A DNA stretch of 51,768 nucleotides from a virus. Under the pieces are notes generated by a model that was not told the origin of the DNA, made no database searches, and worked only from the letters and a program-made list of their open reading frames with translations. The position numbers and the translations under genes are program-made. The stretch spans positions 1 to 51,768 of IMG/VR virus record IMGVR_UViG_3300033480_000002, one strand, 5' to 3'. Below are positions 41,720 through 49,380 of the stretch, in pieces (position 1 is the stretch's first letter; each line of letters starts with the position of its first letter).

Positions 41720-42079
41720 TTACATGCTACCCCACACCATGCAGGCGTAGCCCGCCCTCCAGACTGCGTCGTCCCAGTCTGGAGATTCTGGATCGGTACG
41801 ACGGAGTGCTCCGATCGCCTGAGTGACGGCCGGATCACTGCCGAGCATGGCGCGAGCTTCCATGGCTGCCTGGATGTGCGGCTCCCCGAGCTGAGTCCGA
41901 GGCTGGACCGATGAGAACGTCCGGCAGGCTTGGATCGTATATCGATCCCCGGGGGACTGGGCAGCCTCCCGTGACGGTGGTTTGGCGGTGTCCGAGTTGA
42001 TCACTGGTGACGTGACCACCAGACAGATAGCCAGCAGGGCAATAGCCCTGGGGGCAATGGCGACAATTTGATTCCTCAC
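41720..42079 (-). CDS. Secreted/anchored small protein (119 aa)
   Basis: GTG follows GAGGAGG. The N-terminal hydrophobic segment AIALLAICLVVTSPV looks like a signal peptide or anchor. Confidence 0.65.
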   Translation of the reverse strand: MRNQIVAIAPRAIALLAICLVVTSPVINSDTAKPPSREAAQSPGDRYTIQACRTFSSVQPRTQLGEPHIQAAMEARAMLGSDPAVTQAIGALRRTDPESPDWDDAVWRAGYACMVWGSM

Positions 42080-42089
42080 GGGCGCCTCC

Positions 42090-42476
42090 TCAAGCTCGCC
42101 ATATCCATATTGGGATCGACGCCTGCCCGGCTAACCGGATGGTGATCCTAGTCCCGACAGATCTCCTGCGCCAAAACGCTAGACATAAATCGGCCCCAGC
42201 ACTAACCATCTCCTGATTGCGGATCGGCCCGGCGCTAGGGCCGAGACGATCCCAGTCGGCCGGATGAGGCTCGATGGGCCAATGCCAGAACTCAGTTACG
42301 AGTCTGGCAGCCATTTCGTCAGCCCCGGTGGGGCAAGCACCGTGGACGAGAATCCGACCGAGGCCAAGCAGGTAATGATTCGCCGCACCGAGCGCCCGGG
42401 AGATAACCAATTCGTTCTCCCAATCTCTACTCCCGGTCACTAGGATTCGGCGGGGGCGGTCCGCTAGGGCCGTCAT
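42090..42476 (-). CDS. SLOG/DUF2493-like Rossmann protein
   Basis: RILVTGSRDW...ILVHGACPTGADEMAA...GPIRNQEMV...ADLCLAFW fits my memory of the DUF2493 (YpsA-related SLOG) pattern. The ATG at 42476 overlaps the upstream TGA (ATGA). Confidence 0.6.
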   Translation of the reverse strand: MTALADRPRRILVTGSRDWENELVISRALGAANHYLLGLGRILVHGACPTGADEMAARLVTEFWHWPIEPHPADWDRLGPSAGPIRNQEMVSAGADLCLAFWRRRSVGTRITIRLAGQASIPIWIWRA

Positions 42477-42625
42477 CGATAGCTCAGTAGACGATGACAG
42501 GATGGACACCAGATTGTACTCATTCCCCACATTCCCGGAGTGTGGATCTCACACGATGGACAGAAGTACAGCTCTCCCTCAGGGTCGGCCGCGTGCCGTT
42601 GCGATGGCACGAGCGACAGCAGCAT
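42473..42625 (-). CDS. Small zinc-ribbon protein (50 aa)
   Basis: FCPSCEIHTPGMWGMSTIWCPSCHRL (CxxC...CxxC). Its stop is fused to the next start (ATGA at 42473-76). The N-terminal start (42625) is uncertain and overlaps gene 42579..42875. Confidence 0.45.
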   Translation of the reverse strand: MLLSLVPSQRHAADPEGELYFCPSCEIHTPGMWGMSTIWCPSCHRLLSYR

Positions 42626-42875
42626 CGAACTCACTGCGTGTGCGACCTGCCGCGTCCAGGGAAATGGCGATCCCGATCTTTTCTGCAAGATCCAACTCCC
42701 TTCCGCGTTCTGCAACCATTTGGACCATCAGGTCAAATGGCCACGCTTCTTTGCGGGCGCAGGTGACGCACCAGTGTACCTCACCGTGACCAGAAATTAC
42801 ATTGAGGAATAAAGCTCTTCTCCCGCAGGTGTCACAGAAGTGAGCCTCACTGAGTGGCTCGGGCCCGCACGTCAT
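42579..42875 (-). CDS. Zinc-ribbon protein (98 aa)
   Basis: FCDTCGRRA...HWCVTCARK. ATGA overlap with the upstream gene. Confidence 0.65.
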   Translation of the reverse strand: MTCGPEPLSEAHFCDTCGRRALFLNVISGHGEVHWCVTCARKEAWPFDLMVQMVAERGRELDLAEKIGIAISLDAAGRTRSEFDAAVARAIATARGRP

Positions 42876-43294
42876 CCGTCGTCCCTGGCTGGCAAAGCGG
42901 GTGGAACTTCTCGTCGCGGCCGATCATCGTCAAGGGCTTGTTGCACCCCTCCCTCGCGCACATGGGCGCAGCATCCGTCGCAACCGTGGACTCCCCACCA
43001 GTCTTCTCCAATTGATCTCCCATATGCGACGTCGTCTGGGTCGGGGTGGCCGATCCCGTGGTAGCAGATGCGCTCGCTGAATCCCTTGTCCGACCGGTAG
43101 ACCACGGGCCAGTTGGTCATGGGGTGATCGGATGGGTGGTGAACGACGCACCCCCTCCCCTCGCACCGCGAGGGGTGATGGGTGATAACTACTCGCCGTC
43201 CGATACGAGCGCCATGGTCTGGGTCTGTAGTCTCGACCTCAAATACCCTCCCCCTGAGGGGGTGCTCCCACTCTTCTAGTTCTTCGCTCGGCAT
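42872..43294 (-). CDS. His/Cys-rich protein (140 aa)
   Basis: Trimmed to MPSEELEEW. Contains ITHHPSRCEGRGCVVHHPSDHP and HGCDGCCAH clusters, suggesting metal binding. Confidence 0.6.
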   Translation of the reverse strand: MPSEELEEWEHPLRGRVFEVETTDPDHGARIGRRVVITHHPSRCEGRGCVVHHPSDHPMTNWPVVYRSDKGFSERICYHGIGHPDPDDVAYGRSIGEDWWGVHGCDGCCAHVREGGVQQALDDDRPRREVPPALPARDDG

Positions 43295-43692
43295 CCACAG
43301 CCTCCGATCAGGCACCTGCGGCCTCGGGTACCCTTCAGATGCGCCCGCTTCGGGTGGGCGCAGTATCCACACCACGCATTCTCGACCGGCTCGGCCACAA
43401 CTGGAGTAGCCACCGGGAACATAGAGGCAATGTGCACCTCATCTGCGAGCGCTGGGATGAGTCCATTCTTGATCGCTCGCTGGGCATCACCCATGTTGAA
43501 AAACGGTCCGTGAAGAATGGTAGATCCCCATGCTGGCACTACGGATACGACCGTGTATCCACCGCGCTGCATCGCCATCTCCATGACGGCAGCAAATATT
43601 TCATCCGCCAGCTTTTCAGCCGATGGGAAGTCTTGTTCTAGTATCTCGACCAGGTGGCCCCGCTCATGACCCCTGATCCTGATTCTGCTCAT
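43276..43692 (-). CDS. Hypothetical protein with C-terminal Cys cluster (138 aa)
   Basis: ATGA overlap with the WhiB-like gene. C-terminus WCGYCAHPKRAH...CLIGGCGC. Confidence 0.6.
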   Translation of the reverse strand: MSRIRIRGHERGHLVEILEQDFPSAEKLADEIFAAVMEMAMQRGGYTVVSVVPAWGSTILHGPFFNMGDAQRAIKNGLIPALADEVHIASMFPVATPVVAEPVENAWCGYCAHPKRAHLKGTRGRRCLIGGCGCRAKN

Positions 43693-44042
43693 TGCGGTGG
43701 TCCGGGGCGGATCTCGGCTGCGATAATGCCGATGGCGTCTTTGTCGGCTGCGGCAAGTTCTCGACACTGGGGTAGGACCTTGCAGATTCCTCGACAGATC
43801 CCGACACTCATGGTAGCTCGGCGTCTGAATTGGGCTGGCGTTTCACAGTCCATGATTCCCACATCGGCCAACATCCTACGGGGATCCCATTGCGTGGATC
43901 CTGAACATGGCCGAATGTAGCCCAGTTCCTCACACGCATCTTCCAGCCCGAGCAGGGCTTTCTTAATCAACGGATCCATGGCTACTGGATCCGGCCAGGT
44001 GTAGACGTACACCTGCTCGACATCGTCCCACTTCCGCCCCAT
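43689..44042 (-). CDS. WhiB-like Fe-S transcription factor (divergent)
   Basis: Cys pattern C-x27-C-x3-C-x5-C (CSGS...ICRGICKVLPQC), followed by GIIAAE where WhiB has GVWGG. ATG follows GGTGAGGTG. Confidence 0.5.
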   Translation of the reverse strand: MGRKWDDVEQVYVYTWPDPVAMDPLIKKALLGLEDACEELGYIRPCSGSTQWDPRRMLADVGIMDCETPAQFRRRATMSVGICRGICKVLPQCRELAAADKDAIGIIAAEIRPGPPQ

Positions 44043-44169
44043 TGGACACCTCACCGGCTATTCAGTTGTTATGAGGACGCAAGTGGCCGCGTTTTGGCGC
44101 GGCCACCGCGTCGTTGTCTTCCTAGCCGGTTGTGGAGCTTCGAGGGGTGTCCAGTCCCTCGGTATTACA

Positions 44170-44280
44170 TTACCTAGCGATTCGTTCGACCCAGGCCCTC
44201 AGGGGACCTCCGCACCCGGAGCACGATGCTATGCCCCACAGGTGCATTCCGTACCTACTACACTCGGGATTGTCGCACAT
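44170..44280 (-). CDS. Zinc-ribbon micro-ORF (36 aa), uncertain
   Basis: MCDNPECSRYGMHLWGIASCSGCGGPLRAWVERIAR (Cx4C...CxxC). Overlaps the last 23 nt of gene 44258..44590 in another frame. Confidence 0.35.
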   Translation of the reverse strand: MCDNPECSRYGMHLWGIASCSGCGGPLRAWVERIAR

Positions 44281-44590
44281 TAGTTCCGTGCGCTCCGAGC
44301 GCATTTTCGCCATTAACGTCTTCACTGATCTCCTCGAATGCCCCCATCGCATTGGCTATGGCACTCGCTGCTCCTATTGCCCCTTCCTCGTTGTCGAATG
44401 TCATGTATGCCCCTTTGTGGTCGGGGACATACAGCTCAAACAATCTACCCTCAATGCCAGTCCAGTAAACCGCGACCCAACGGTCGCCGTCGAAGACGCT
44501 GAAAAAGACGGTCGTGTATCGCTCAATGTCCAAAAGCCGGAGATAGGCGAACACGTCTAGCACCCTCCCGCGCCGAGAGAGATATCTCAT
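44258..44590 (-). CDS. Hypothetical protein (110 aa)
   Basis: ATGA overlap with the upstream gene. No motif recognised. Confidence 0.65.
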   Translation of the reverse strand: MRYLSRRGRVLDVFAYLRLLDIERYTTVFFSVFDGDRWVAVYWTGIEGRLFELYVPDHKGAYMTFDNEEGAIGAASAIANAMGAFEEISEDVNGENALGAHGTNVRQSRV

Positions 44591-45066
44591 GACAGGGCTG
44601 CCATGACGTGAGCGACGATCCCGTAAGGGTCGCCCTCCTCCCTAGCGAGCTGCAGGGCCTTGGGAATGGTCAACCCGTGTACCTGCGAGCAATGCTGCCC
44701 GGGGCCCTTACCTTTCCTGCCGCAGAGGGGACACGTATCGCCGAGCGTTTGGGAATACCGAACGCCATGCACTACTTTGTAGTGATAGGTCAAACCGCTA
44801 CTTGTTGTGAACTCAGTTCCGCATTTAATGCAGAACCAGTTCGTATCCCCCAAGGAAGATTTCGACGTTTCTCGCTCGACCGGCGCTCCACGTCGCTCTA
44901 GGAGTCGCCGGAGCGGTTCTAGCGCGTCGATACCTTCCTGACAGAGGTCGAGCTGTCGAATGAGACCGCCGATCCTGATGATCTCTGTACGAACGCTCGG
45001 GATTCTCAGCTCTGGATCCCGCTCCACGCAGTGATCGCAGGAGACCCGGACCTCAACCTCTCTCAC
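44587..45066 (-). CDS. Protein with two C2H2-type zinc fingers
   Basis: FCIKCGTEFTTSSGLTYHYKVVHG and CPLCGRKGKGPGQHCSQVHG (C-x2-C...H-x4-H), plus an N-terminal CDHC...C pair. Confidence 0.7.
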   Translation of the reverse strand: MREVEVRVSCDHCVERDPELRIPSVRTEIIRIGGLIRQLDLCQEGIDALEPLRRLLERRGAPVERETSKSSLGDTNWFCIKCGTEFTTSSGLTYHYKVVHGVRYSQTLGDTCPLCGRKGKGPGQHCSQVHGLTIPKALQLAREEGDPYGIVAHVMAALS

Positions 45067-45422
45067 AAGTCACCCCCCTTGGGGGTGATCGGGAGGATGT
45101 TCTCTATCCACAGCTCTCCGCGCTCATCAGCGGAAAGTCCCCCTGACCCCGACGGGGCCAGGTATTCCTGGTCGTACTTCATTCGTCCTGATCCTTGAAT
45201 CCTCGCCCCACCGGAATCCCGTTCGTAGGTCGAGAATTGCAGGCAGCGCATACAGCGCCGCGTGATCAAGAAACCCTTCTCGCCTGAGACGGGCAGTCGA
45301 TTCATTGCCCGAGCGCCAAAGCGCTCCCAGGCATGGGAGCGCTCGGACATGCACTCCAGGTAATCGTGTTTGATTCCCTTCCGCCAGGAATCAAATCCTT
45401 CGTCCTTAGCCCCCTGGGTCAC
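45063..45422 (-). CDS. Hypothetical protein (119 aa)
   Basis: Start moved to the GTG 7 nt after ACGGAGGA. The track's longer N-terminus overlaps the upstream gene. Confidence 0.6.
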   Translation of the reverse strand: MTQGAKDEGFDSWRKGIKHDYLECMSERSHAWERFGARAMNRLPVSGEKGFLITRRCMRCLQFSTYERDSGGARIQGSGRMKYDQEYLAPSGSGGLSADERGELWIENILPITPKGGDL

Positions 45423-45453
45423 TTCAGATTCCTCCGTTGTCTTGCGGGTGTGG

Positions 45454-45699
45454 TTATAGACCGGGGGGGAACATCTGTTCAGGAAGCTCACGGTCGCGGA
45501 TAGAGACAGCGACCGTGCGCGCACCCTTTGAATTGAGCCAGAAAATGATCTGCCGTACTGGTGAGTCGGGAGTCACTGGCCTATCCTCATGCACGGGGGT
45601 GTGCAGTCGACGGTCGTTCGCATCCCGCAGCCGTGGACGGACGTAGCCTGCGGCTTCGGCATCGGAGAGGCTGTCGAATACGGGTAGATCAGGTTCCAT
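45454..45699 (-). CDS. Hypothetical protein (81 aa)
   Basis: ATG follows AGGGAGGGCGAA. First gene after a 300-nt spacer. Confidence 0.6.
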   Translation of the reverse strand: MEPDLPVFDSLSDAEAAGYVRPRLRDANDRRLHTPVHEDRPVTPDSPVRQIIFWLNSKGARTVAVSIRDRELPEQMFPPGL

Positions 45700-45792
45700 T
45701 TCGCCCTCCCTGTCCAGATTGGGTGTCTAGCGTAACCTGGACGGGTAAGAAACGGAATAGGACGAGAGTCCTGGTGAGTGCCCGCTCGTACA

Positions 45793-45818
45793 ACCTGGGG
45801 CGCCGGTGCCTGGGGCGC
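45793..45818. repeat. Tandem 11-mer cctggggcgcc x2 (4-nt spacer)
   Basis: Read directly. Each copy holds the GGCGCC palindrome. About 95-125 nt upstream of the start at 45699. Confidence 0.8.
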
Positions 45819-45955
45819 CGCGCTCGGCCGTCGCGGGGGTCAGCCTGGGTCATAGCCGCTCCCATCAGGTCGGATGTCCGGACCGTAACCGGACATCACA
45901 CCTGAGGGCAAGCCAGACGCGAAAGGATTTCGGTTAAAATTTGATAACACCCGTT

Positions 45956-46009
45956 CTGCTCATCACGGACACATCCGGACTCGTGGCCCGGATGCGCCCG
46001 AAACGGTCA
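45956..46009 (-). repeat. Box1-hairpin-box2 intergenic element, copy G
   Basis: The minus strand reads TGACCGTTTCGG-GCG-CATCCGG-gccacgag-TCCGGATG-TGTCCGTGATGAGCAG. The TGA is the stop of gene 46007..46159. Confidence 0.7.
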
Positions 46010-46159
46010 GTGGTAGATGGGAGTCTGCGCGTACTTCGGCTGGCTCGTCGACCAGAACAGGAGGATGATGAATCCTCCGAGAACCAGGGAATACACGAAC
46101 AGCCGAAAATCCTTGTCCTTGGCGTACACCCAGATTGTATCGAAGAGCCTTCTCAGCAT
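46007..46159 (-). CDS. Small membrane protein (50 aa)
   Basis: Trimmed to MLRRLFDTIWVYAKDKDFRLFVYSLVLGGFIILLFW... (one TM helix). Its ATG overlaps the upstream stop (ATGCTGA). SD CGGAGG. Confidence 0.6.
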   Translation of the reverse strand: MLRRLFDTIWVYAKDKDFRLFVYSLVLGGFIILLFWSTSQPKYAQTPIYH

Positions 46160-46479
46160 TTTGCCTCCGGTGGTTGGACCGGGCAGGGTTGCCCCTGCCG
46201 GATTGCGCTCAGTGGACCGATGAGTTTCGTCATCGTCCACCCGTAGAGGGCCGCTACCAACGCGGCGTCTGTGGTAGTGCGGCAACCGAGGCGTCTGCAC
46301 GCCCCGGGGTACGCCGTCCACGCGAACTTCCACAATGCGGGCAGATAGCGGTACTCATCGCAGAATTTCTCGATGTCTCTCTGTGTCTCATTGAGGGGAT
46401 CCCTCAATGGAGGAACCCGCGTCAGATCGACGAACCGGTCTCCCGGGTGGATGTGATCGATCAGTCGCCATTCGGACAT
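46153..46479 (-). CDS. Hypothetical protein (108 aa)
   Basis: Trimmed to MSEWRLIDH after TAGGAGAGAC. The track's N-terminal extension overlaps the upstream gene. Confidence 0.65.
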   Translation of the reverse strand: MSEWRLIDHIHPGDRFVDLTRVPPLRDPLNETQRDIEKFCDEYRYLPALWKFAWTAYPGACRRLGCRTTTDAALVAALYGWTMTKLIGPLSAIRQGQPCPVQPPEAKC

Positions 46480-46486
46480 GTCTCTC

Positions 46487-46663
46487 CTATGCGGCAATAG
46501 GCATGGACAGGGCGGACTCGTAGGCAGCCAAGAACACCCCCCACTCGTCCTCGTCGTACCGGGCGCGCTCGGCAGGGAGGTCGAGGGCATCGATGTATCC
46601 GCGCCGAACAAGATTACCGAGCGTACCACCCTCGGCGCTGGCAGTTGTCAGATTGTCAACCAT
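46487..46663 (-). CDS. Hypothetical small protein (58 aa)
   Basis: Trimmed to MVDNLTTASAEGG after GGAAAAGGAA. Confidence 0.55.
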   Translation of the reverse strand: MVDNLTTASAEGGTLGNLVRRGYIDALDLPAERARYDEDEWGVFLAAYESALSMPIAA

Positions 46664-46700
46664 TTCCTTTTCCTCATTTCGGACATTTCCGGGTAATCCC

Positions 46701-46739
46701 AAAAAAGAGCACCATCCCCGGACCTTCGGGATGGTGCTC
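46701..46739 (-). terminator. Intrinsic terminator inside the leftward gene train
   Basis: The minus strand reads GAGCACCATCCC-gaaggtccg-GGGATGGTGCTC followed by TTTTTTGGG. Confidence 0.8.
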
Positions 46740-46759
46740 TCTCTTGGGACGGCTCGGTC

Positions 46760-46888
46760 TTATTGCCACATCCTTTCCAGTGAGTGGATCCATCGCCGCA
46801 ATAGCCACGCGAGCAGCCATTTCCGGCATTCCTTCGCTGCCATCTCCGCATTGCGGAGGTCGGTCAGCAGCTTGGCTGCCATGACCAT
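46760..46888 (-). CDS. Micro-ORF (42 aa), uncertain
   Basis: MVMAAKLLTDLRNAEMAAKECRKWLLAWLLRRWIHSLERMWQ, an amphipathic helix. Lies between the stop at 46900 and the terminator. Weak SD. Confidence 0.25.
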   Translation of the reverse strand: MVMAAKLLTDLRNAEMAAKECRKWLLAWLLRRWIHSLERMWQ

Positions 46889-46899
46889 CCGAGGGGTGA

Positions 46900-47328
46900 T
46901 CACTCTGACCTCCGGAGGCCCAACGACACCATCAGGGCGTCCCTGAGTGCCGCCAGGGCGTGCAGCTCCCGCAGGGGCATGTCAGTCTGGGTGCCGATGA
47001 TCAGGGCAAGCTGATGGGCGAGCAGGCGACGCATTCCGGAATCGAAACCATCGAGCGCCCGGTGATCGAAGCCCAGCCCCTCGCCCACAACTCGCTCCCC
47101 GGCCGCCTGGATCAGCGGCCGAGACGGGTCGATCTGGAATGCGTACCGGCCCGCCATGTCAGCAAGATCGCGTAGCGACCTCACATCCATGAACACCTCG
47201 TGTGCCCGATCGCTGTCGTGGTCGCACGTGAAACCCAGCGTCCCGACGTATCTGTGCGTCGCTGGGTCAAGCGACCTCCCCACCTTGCGGAAAGTCGCTC
47301 TGTGCGTTTCTCTCGGTCTACCACCCAT
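46900..47328 (-). CDS. Hypothetical protein (142 aa)
   Basis: ATG follows GGAAGGGGAATTGA. No motif recognised. Confidence 0.65.
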   Translation of the reverse strand: MGGRPRETHRATFRKVGRSLDPATHRYVGTLGFTCDHDSDRAHEVFMDVRSLRDLADMAGRYAFQIDPSRPLIQAAGERVVGEGLGFDHRALDGFDSGMRRLLAHQLALIIGTQTDMPLRELHALAALRDALMVSLGLRRSE

Positions 47329-47405
47329 TCAATTCCCCTTCCTGAGAAACCCAACAGGGCTGGTATCCTAGCAGCTACGGTAGGTTACCAGCCCCGCAAG
47401 GACGC

Positions 47406-47801
47406 TCAGGGTGCGCTCAGCTCGGAGCGCAGGAGGAATCGACGAGTGGCTCGCTCCCCGGCGGTCCCCTCGTCTGTGTCCGTGTCGAAGTAATTCCCGT
47501 GGTGCCACTCCTTCGGATTCAGCCACGTAGCGACAACGAACTTTCCGCCCATGCGGGCAAGAATTGTCGTTACTCCATTCTCACGCCGATATGCACCGGT
47601 GATCGTGTATCCGTTGATCATGGCCCCCACTCGGGGGAGCTGGGGCTCCGCAATCTCCGAGATGTACCACTCAGCGGACTCACCGCAATGGCAGGTGTAA
47701 CGACGATCATCAACCTCCCGGATGGTGACCCGTATCCCTTTCATCTCGCTCAGGGCTTGCTCTAGGCACGGCTCCATCTCGCACACTGCGTACGCCTTCA
47801 T
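47406..47801 (-). CDS. Hypothetical protein with CxC/CxC pairs (131 aa)
   Basis: AVCEMEPC...YTCHCGES. Starts 1 nt after the upstream stop. Followed by hairpin GGGCTGGTA...TACCAGCCC (47344-47395). Confidence 0.65.
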   Translation of the reverse strand: MKAYAVCEMEPCLEQALSEMKGIRVTIREVDDRRYTCHCGESAEWYISEIAEPQLPRVGAMINGYTITGAYRRENGVTTILARMGGKFVVATWLNPKEWHHGNYFDTDTDEGTAGERATRRFLLRSELSAP

Positions 47802-47802
47802 A

Positions 47803-48042
47803 TCACCCTCTCCTGTCTGGACTTGTCAGGTATTCCAAGGCCACCCAACAGGAATACCAGGTTGTCTTATAGAATGGATCGACTGAGGTCCCCACTAGAG
47901 CGTCACGATCTTCCGCGGGAAGGGCATTGAAAAACGCCTGCCCGCGACGCTGACGGTAACGGATGACATTGTGGCACATGGAGCGGAATTGGTCCGGCTC
48001 CATTAGGGCCATAACTTCATTTTTAAAATCCTCGTCGATCAT
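47803..48042 (-). CDS. Hypothetical protein (79 aa)
   Basis: Start set at the ATG after GGAGAAAGAG (MIDEDFKNEV). The track ATG at 48066 lies inside box2 of repeat copy F. Confidence 0.6.
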   Translation of the reverse strand: MIDEDFKNEVMALMEPDQFRSMCHNVIRYRQRRGQAFFNALPAEDRDALVGTSVDPFYKTTWYSCWVALEYLTSPDRRG

Positions 48043-48105
48043 CTCTTTCTCCTGTCTGGCCTCCATCGCACACCCCGGGCGAGCCGGGATGCACGAAAGC
48101 GGTCA
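48043..48105 (-). repeat. Box1-hairpin-box2 intergenic element, copy F
   Basis: The minus strand reads TGACCGCTTTCG-TGCATCCCGG-ctcgc-CCGGGGTGTGC-GATGGAGGCCAG-ACAGGAGAAAGAG. Confidence 0.7.
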
Positions 48106-48525
48106 GCGGTACCGGATTTCAGTAAGGCACCCGCCGAACGAGCATTCGCAGTCGGCCGGGTGCCACTTGCACGGTTCCGGCCGGTAACGGCACTTGTAAG
48201 AGTTGCACAGCTCGTGCACCTCGAAATGGCTGGTTCCGAATGTGGTCCCCAGAGCGGGACCGTAGAACCGGAACCAGTCGTCATCGTAGAACTTACCCTC
48301 CGGTGTCGGGTCACCCGGCTCCAGCCGGGTGGGCACAAGGTAGCGCCTCGGGCCGAACACCCGGAGGACCTTGAACACCTTCGGGTCGAGGATCAGCTCA
48401 AGATCTGCCCAGCATACCGGCTCCGTGCTGCGATACGGAGCCTCTCCGAGCCCCATCGGTGTCTCTACTGTTACGCCATGTGTTGCGGGCTTAGTGCAGA
48501 AAACACACGTGTAACCCTCCAACAT
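48103..48525 (-). CDS. Cys-rich protein (140 aa)
   Basis: CVFC...C...CNSYKCRYRPEPCKWHPADCECSFGGC. Start trimmed to MLEGYTC after AAAGGGGA. Confidence 0.65.
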   Translation of the reverse strand: MLEGYTCVFCTKPATHGVTVETPMGLGEAPYRSTEPVCWADLELILDPKVFKVLRVFGPRRYLVPTRLEPGDPTPEGKFYDDDWFRFYGPALGTTFGTSHFEVHELCNSYKCRYRPEPCKWHPADCECSFGGCLTEIRYR

Positions 48526-48586
48526 TGTCATTCCCCTTTCTGGCAGCCACGGAAGCACCCCCGCAGGGGTGCAACCGAAGCGGTCA
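48526..48586 (-). repeat. Box1-hairpin-box2 intergenic element, copy E
   Basis: The minus strand reads TGACCGCTTCGG-TT-GCACCCC-tgc-GGGGGTGC-TTCCGTGGCTGCCAG-AAAGGGGA. Confidence 0.7.
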
Positions 48587-49075
48587 GTAAGTGATGTCGA
48601 TCCGACCGACCCTCTTGGGCTCCAGGGAGCCCGTGAGCTGTAGCCAGCGGTCCTCCAGGGCATCCCGCTTATCGATCAGCGGGTGGAGCTTCTCAGCCGC
48701 CTCCCGGACGGCTTCCGTTGCCCTGTCAAGGTCGTTGTTCACCTTGGTAAGGGTGGCCTGCCCCTCAATTGCGTCGGTCCACAGTAGATCGGCCTTACGG
48801 ATGATCATTTCCAGGATCTTGGCCTGGTGCGTGGGAGGGGTCGGCTTGTCCCAGTCCCGACGAATCGAGTAATACGCCTCGCGGTTGAGCACGATACCCT
48901 CGTCCGTGCGGTTCAGGGAAAGCGAGACCGTGTTTTCCTTGCCCCGGTAGGCGAGCCGCTCGTGATGGGTGCTCACGTGCGCCCACCCGTCACCGTTGAA
49001 TGCGAATACGAGAACGCCAGTGAAACCGTCCTCATCAATGGTGACCTTCTCATCCGGTGATTCCATGTATGTCAT
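48584..49075 (-). CDS. Hypothetical protein (163 aa)
   Basis: Trimmed to MTYMESPDEK after GGAGGAGAGAA. The C-terminal half is coiled-coil-like. Confidence 0.65.
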   Translation of the reverse strand: MTYMESPDEKVTIDEDGFTGVLVFAFNGDGWAHVSTHHERLAYRGKENTVSLSLNRTDEGIVLNREAYYSIRRDWDKPTPPTHQAKILEMIIRKADLLWTDAIEGQATLTKVNNDLDRATEAVREAAEKLHPLIDKRDALEDRWLQLTGSLEPKRVGRIDITY

Positions 49076-49146
49076 TTCTCTCCTCCAGTTGGCACTGATC
49101 AGCCATAGCCACCCGCACCGAAGGTGTGAATGACTAAAGCGGGTCA
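49076..49146 (-). repeat. Box1-hairpin-box2 intergenic element, copy D
   Basis: The minus strand reads TGACCCGCTTTAGTCATTCA-CACC-ttcg-GGTG-CGGG-TGGCTATGGCTGATCAG-TGCCAACTGGAGGAGAGAA. Confidence 0.75.
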
Positions 49147-49374
49147 GTACTCGCCCAGCTCCCGGGCGATGTCCTGATCGGCAATACCTGCCCATACCGC
49201 CATCGCTGCGGTATGGGTGATCCCCGGAGGGTCGTCCGGATATCTGGTCTCGATGTACTCCCGTAGCTCCCACGTGTGCGACATGTGCCGCACGTCGTCG
49301 GGCGGAACCTCGGCGATTATTGCATCGACTCTGCGCATTTCATCGCCGGTCATCACTCGGTATTCCATGGCCAT
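49144..49374 (-). CDS. Hypothetical protein (76 aa)
   Basis: ATG follows GAGGGAATGGCC. No motif recognised. Confidence 0.6.
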   Translation of the reverse strand: MAMEYRVMTGDEMRRVDAIIAEVPPDDVRHMSHTWELREYIETRYPDDPPGITHTAAMAVWAGIADQDIARELGEY

Positions 49375-49380
49375 TCCCTC

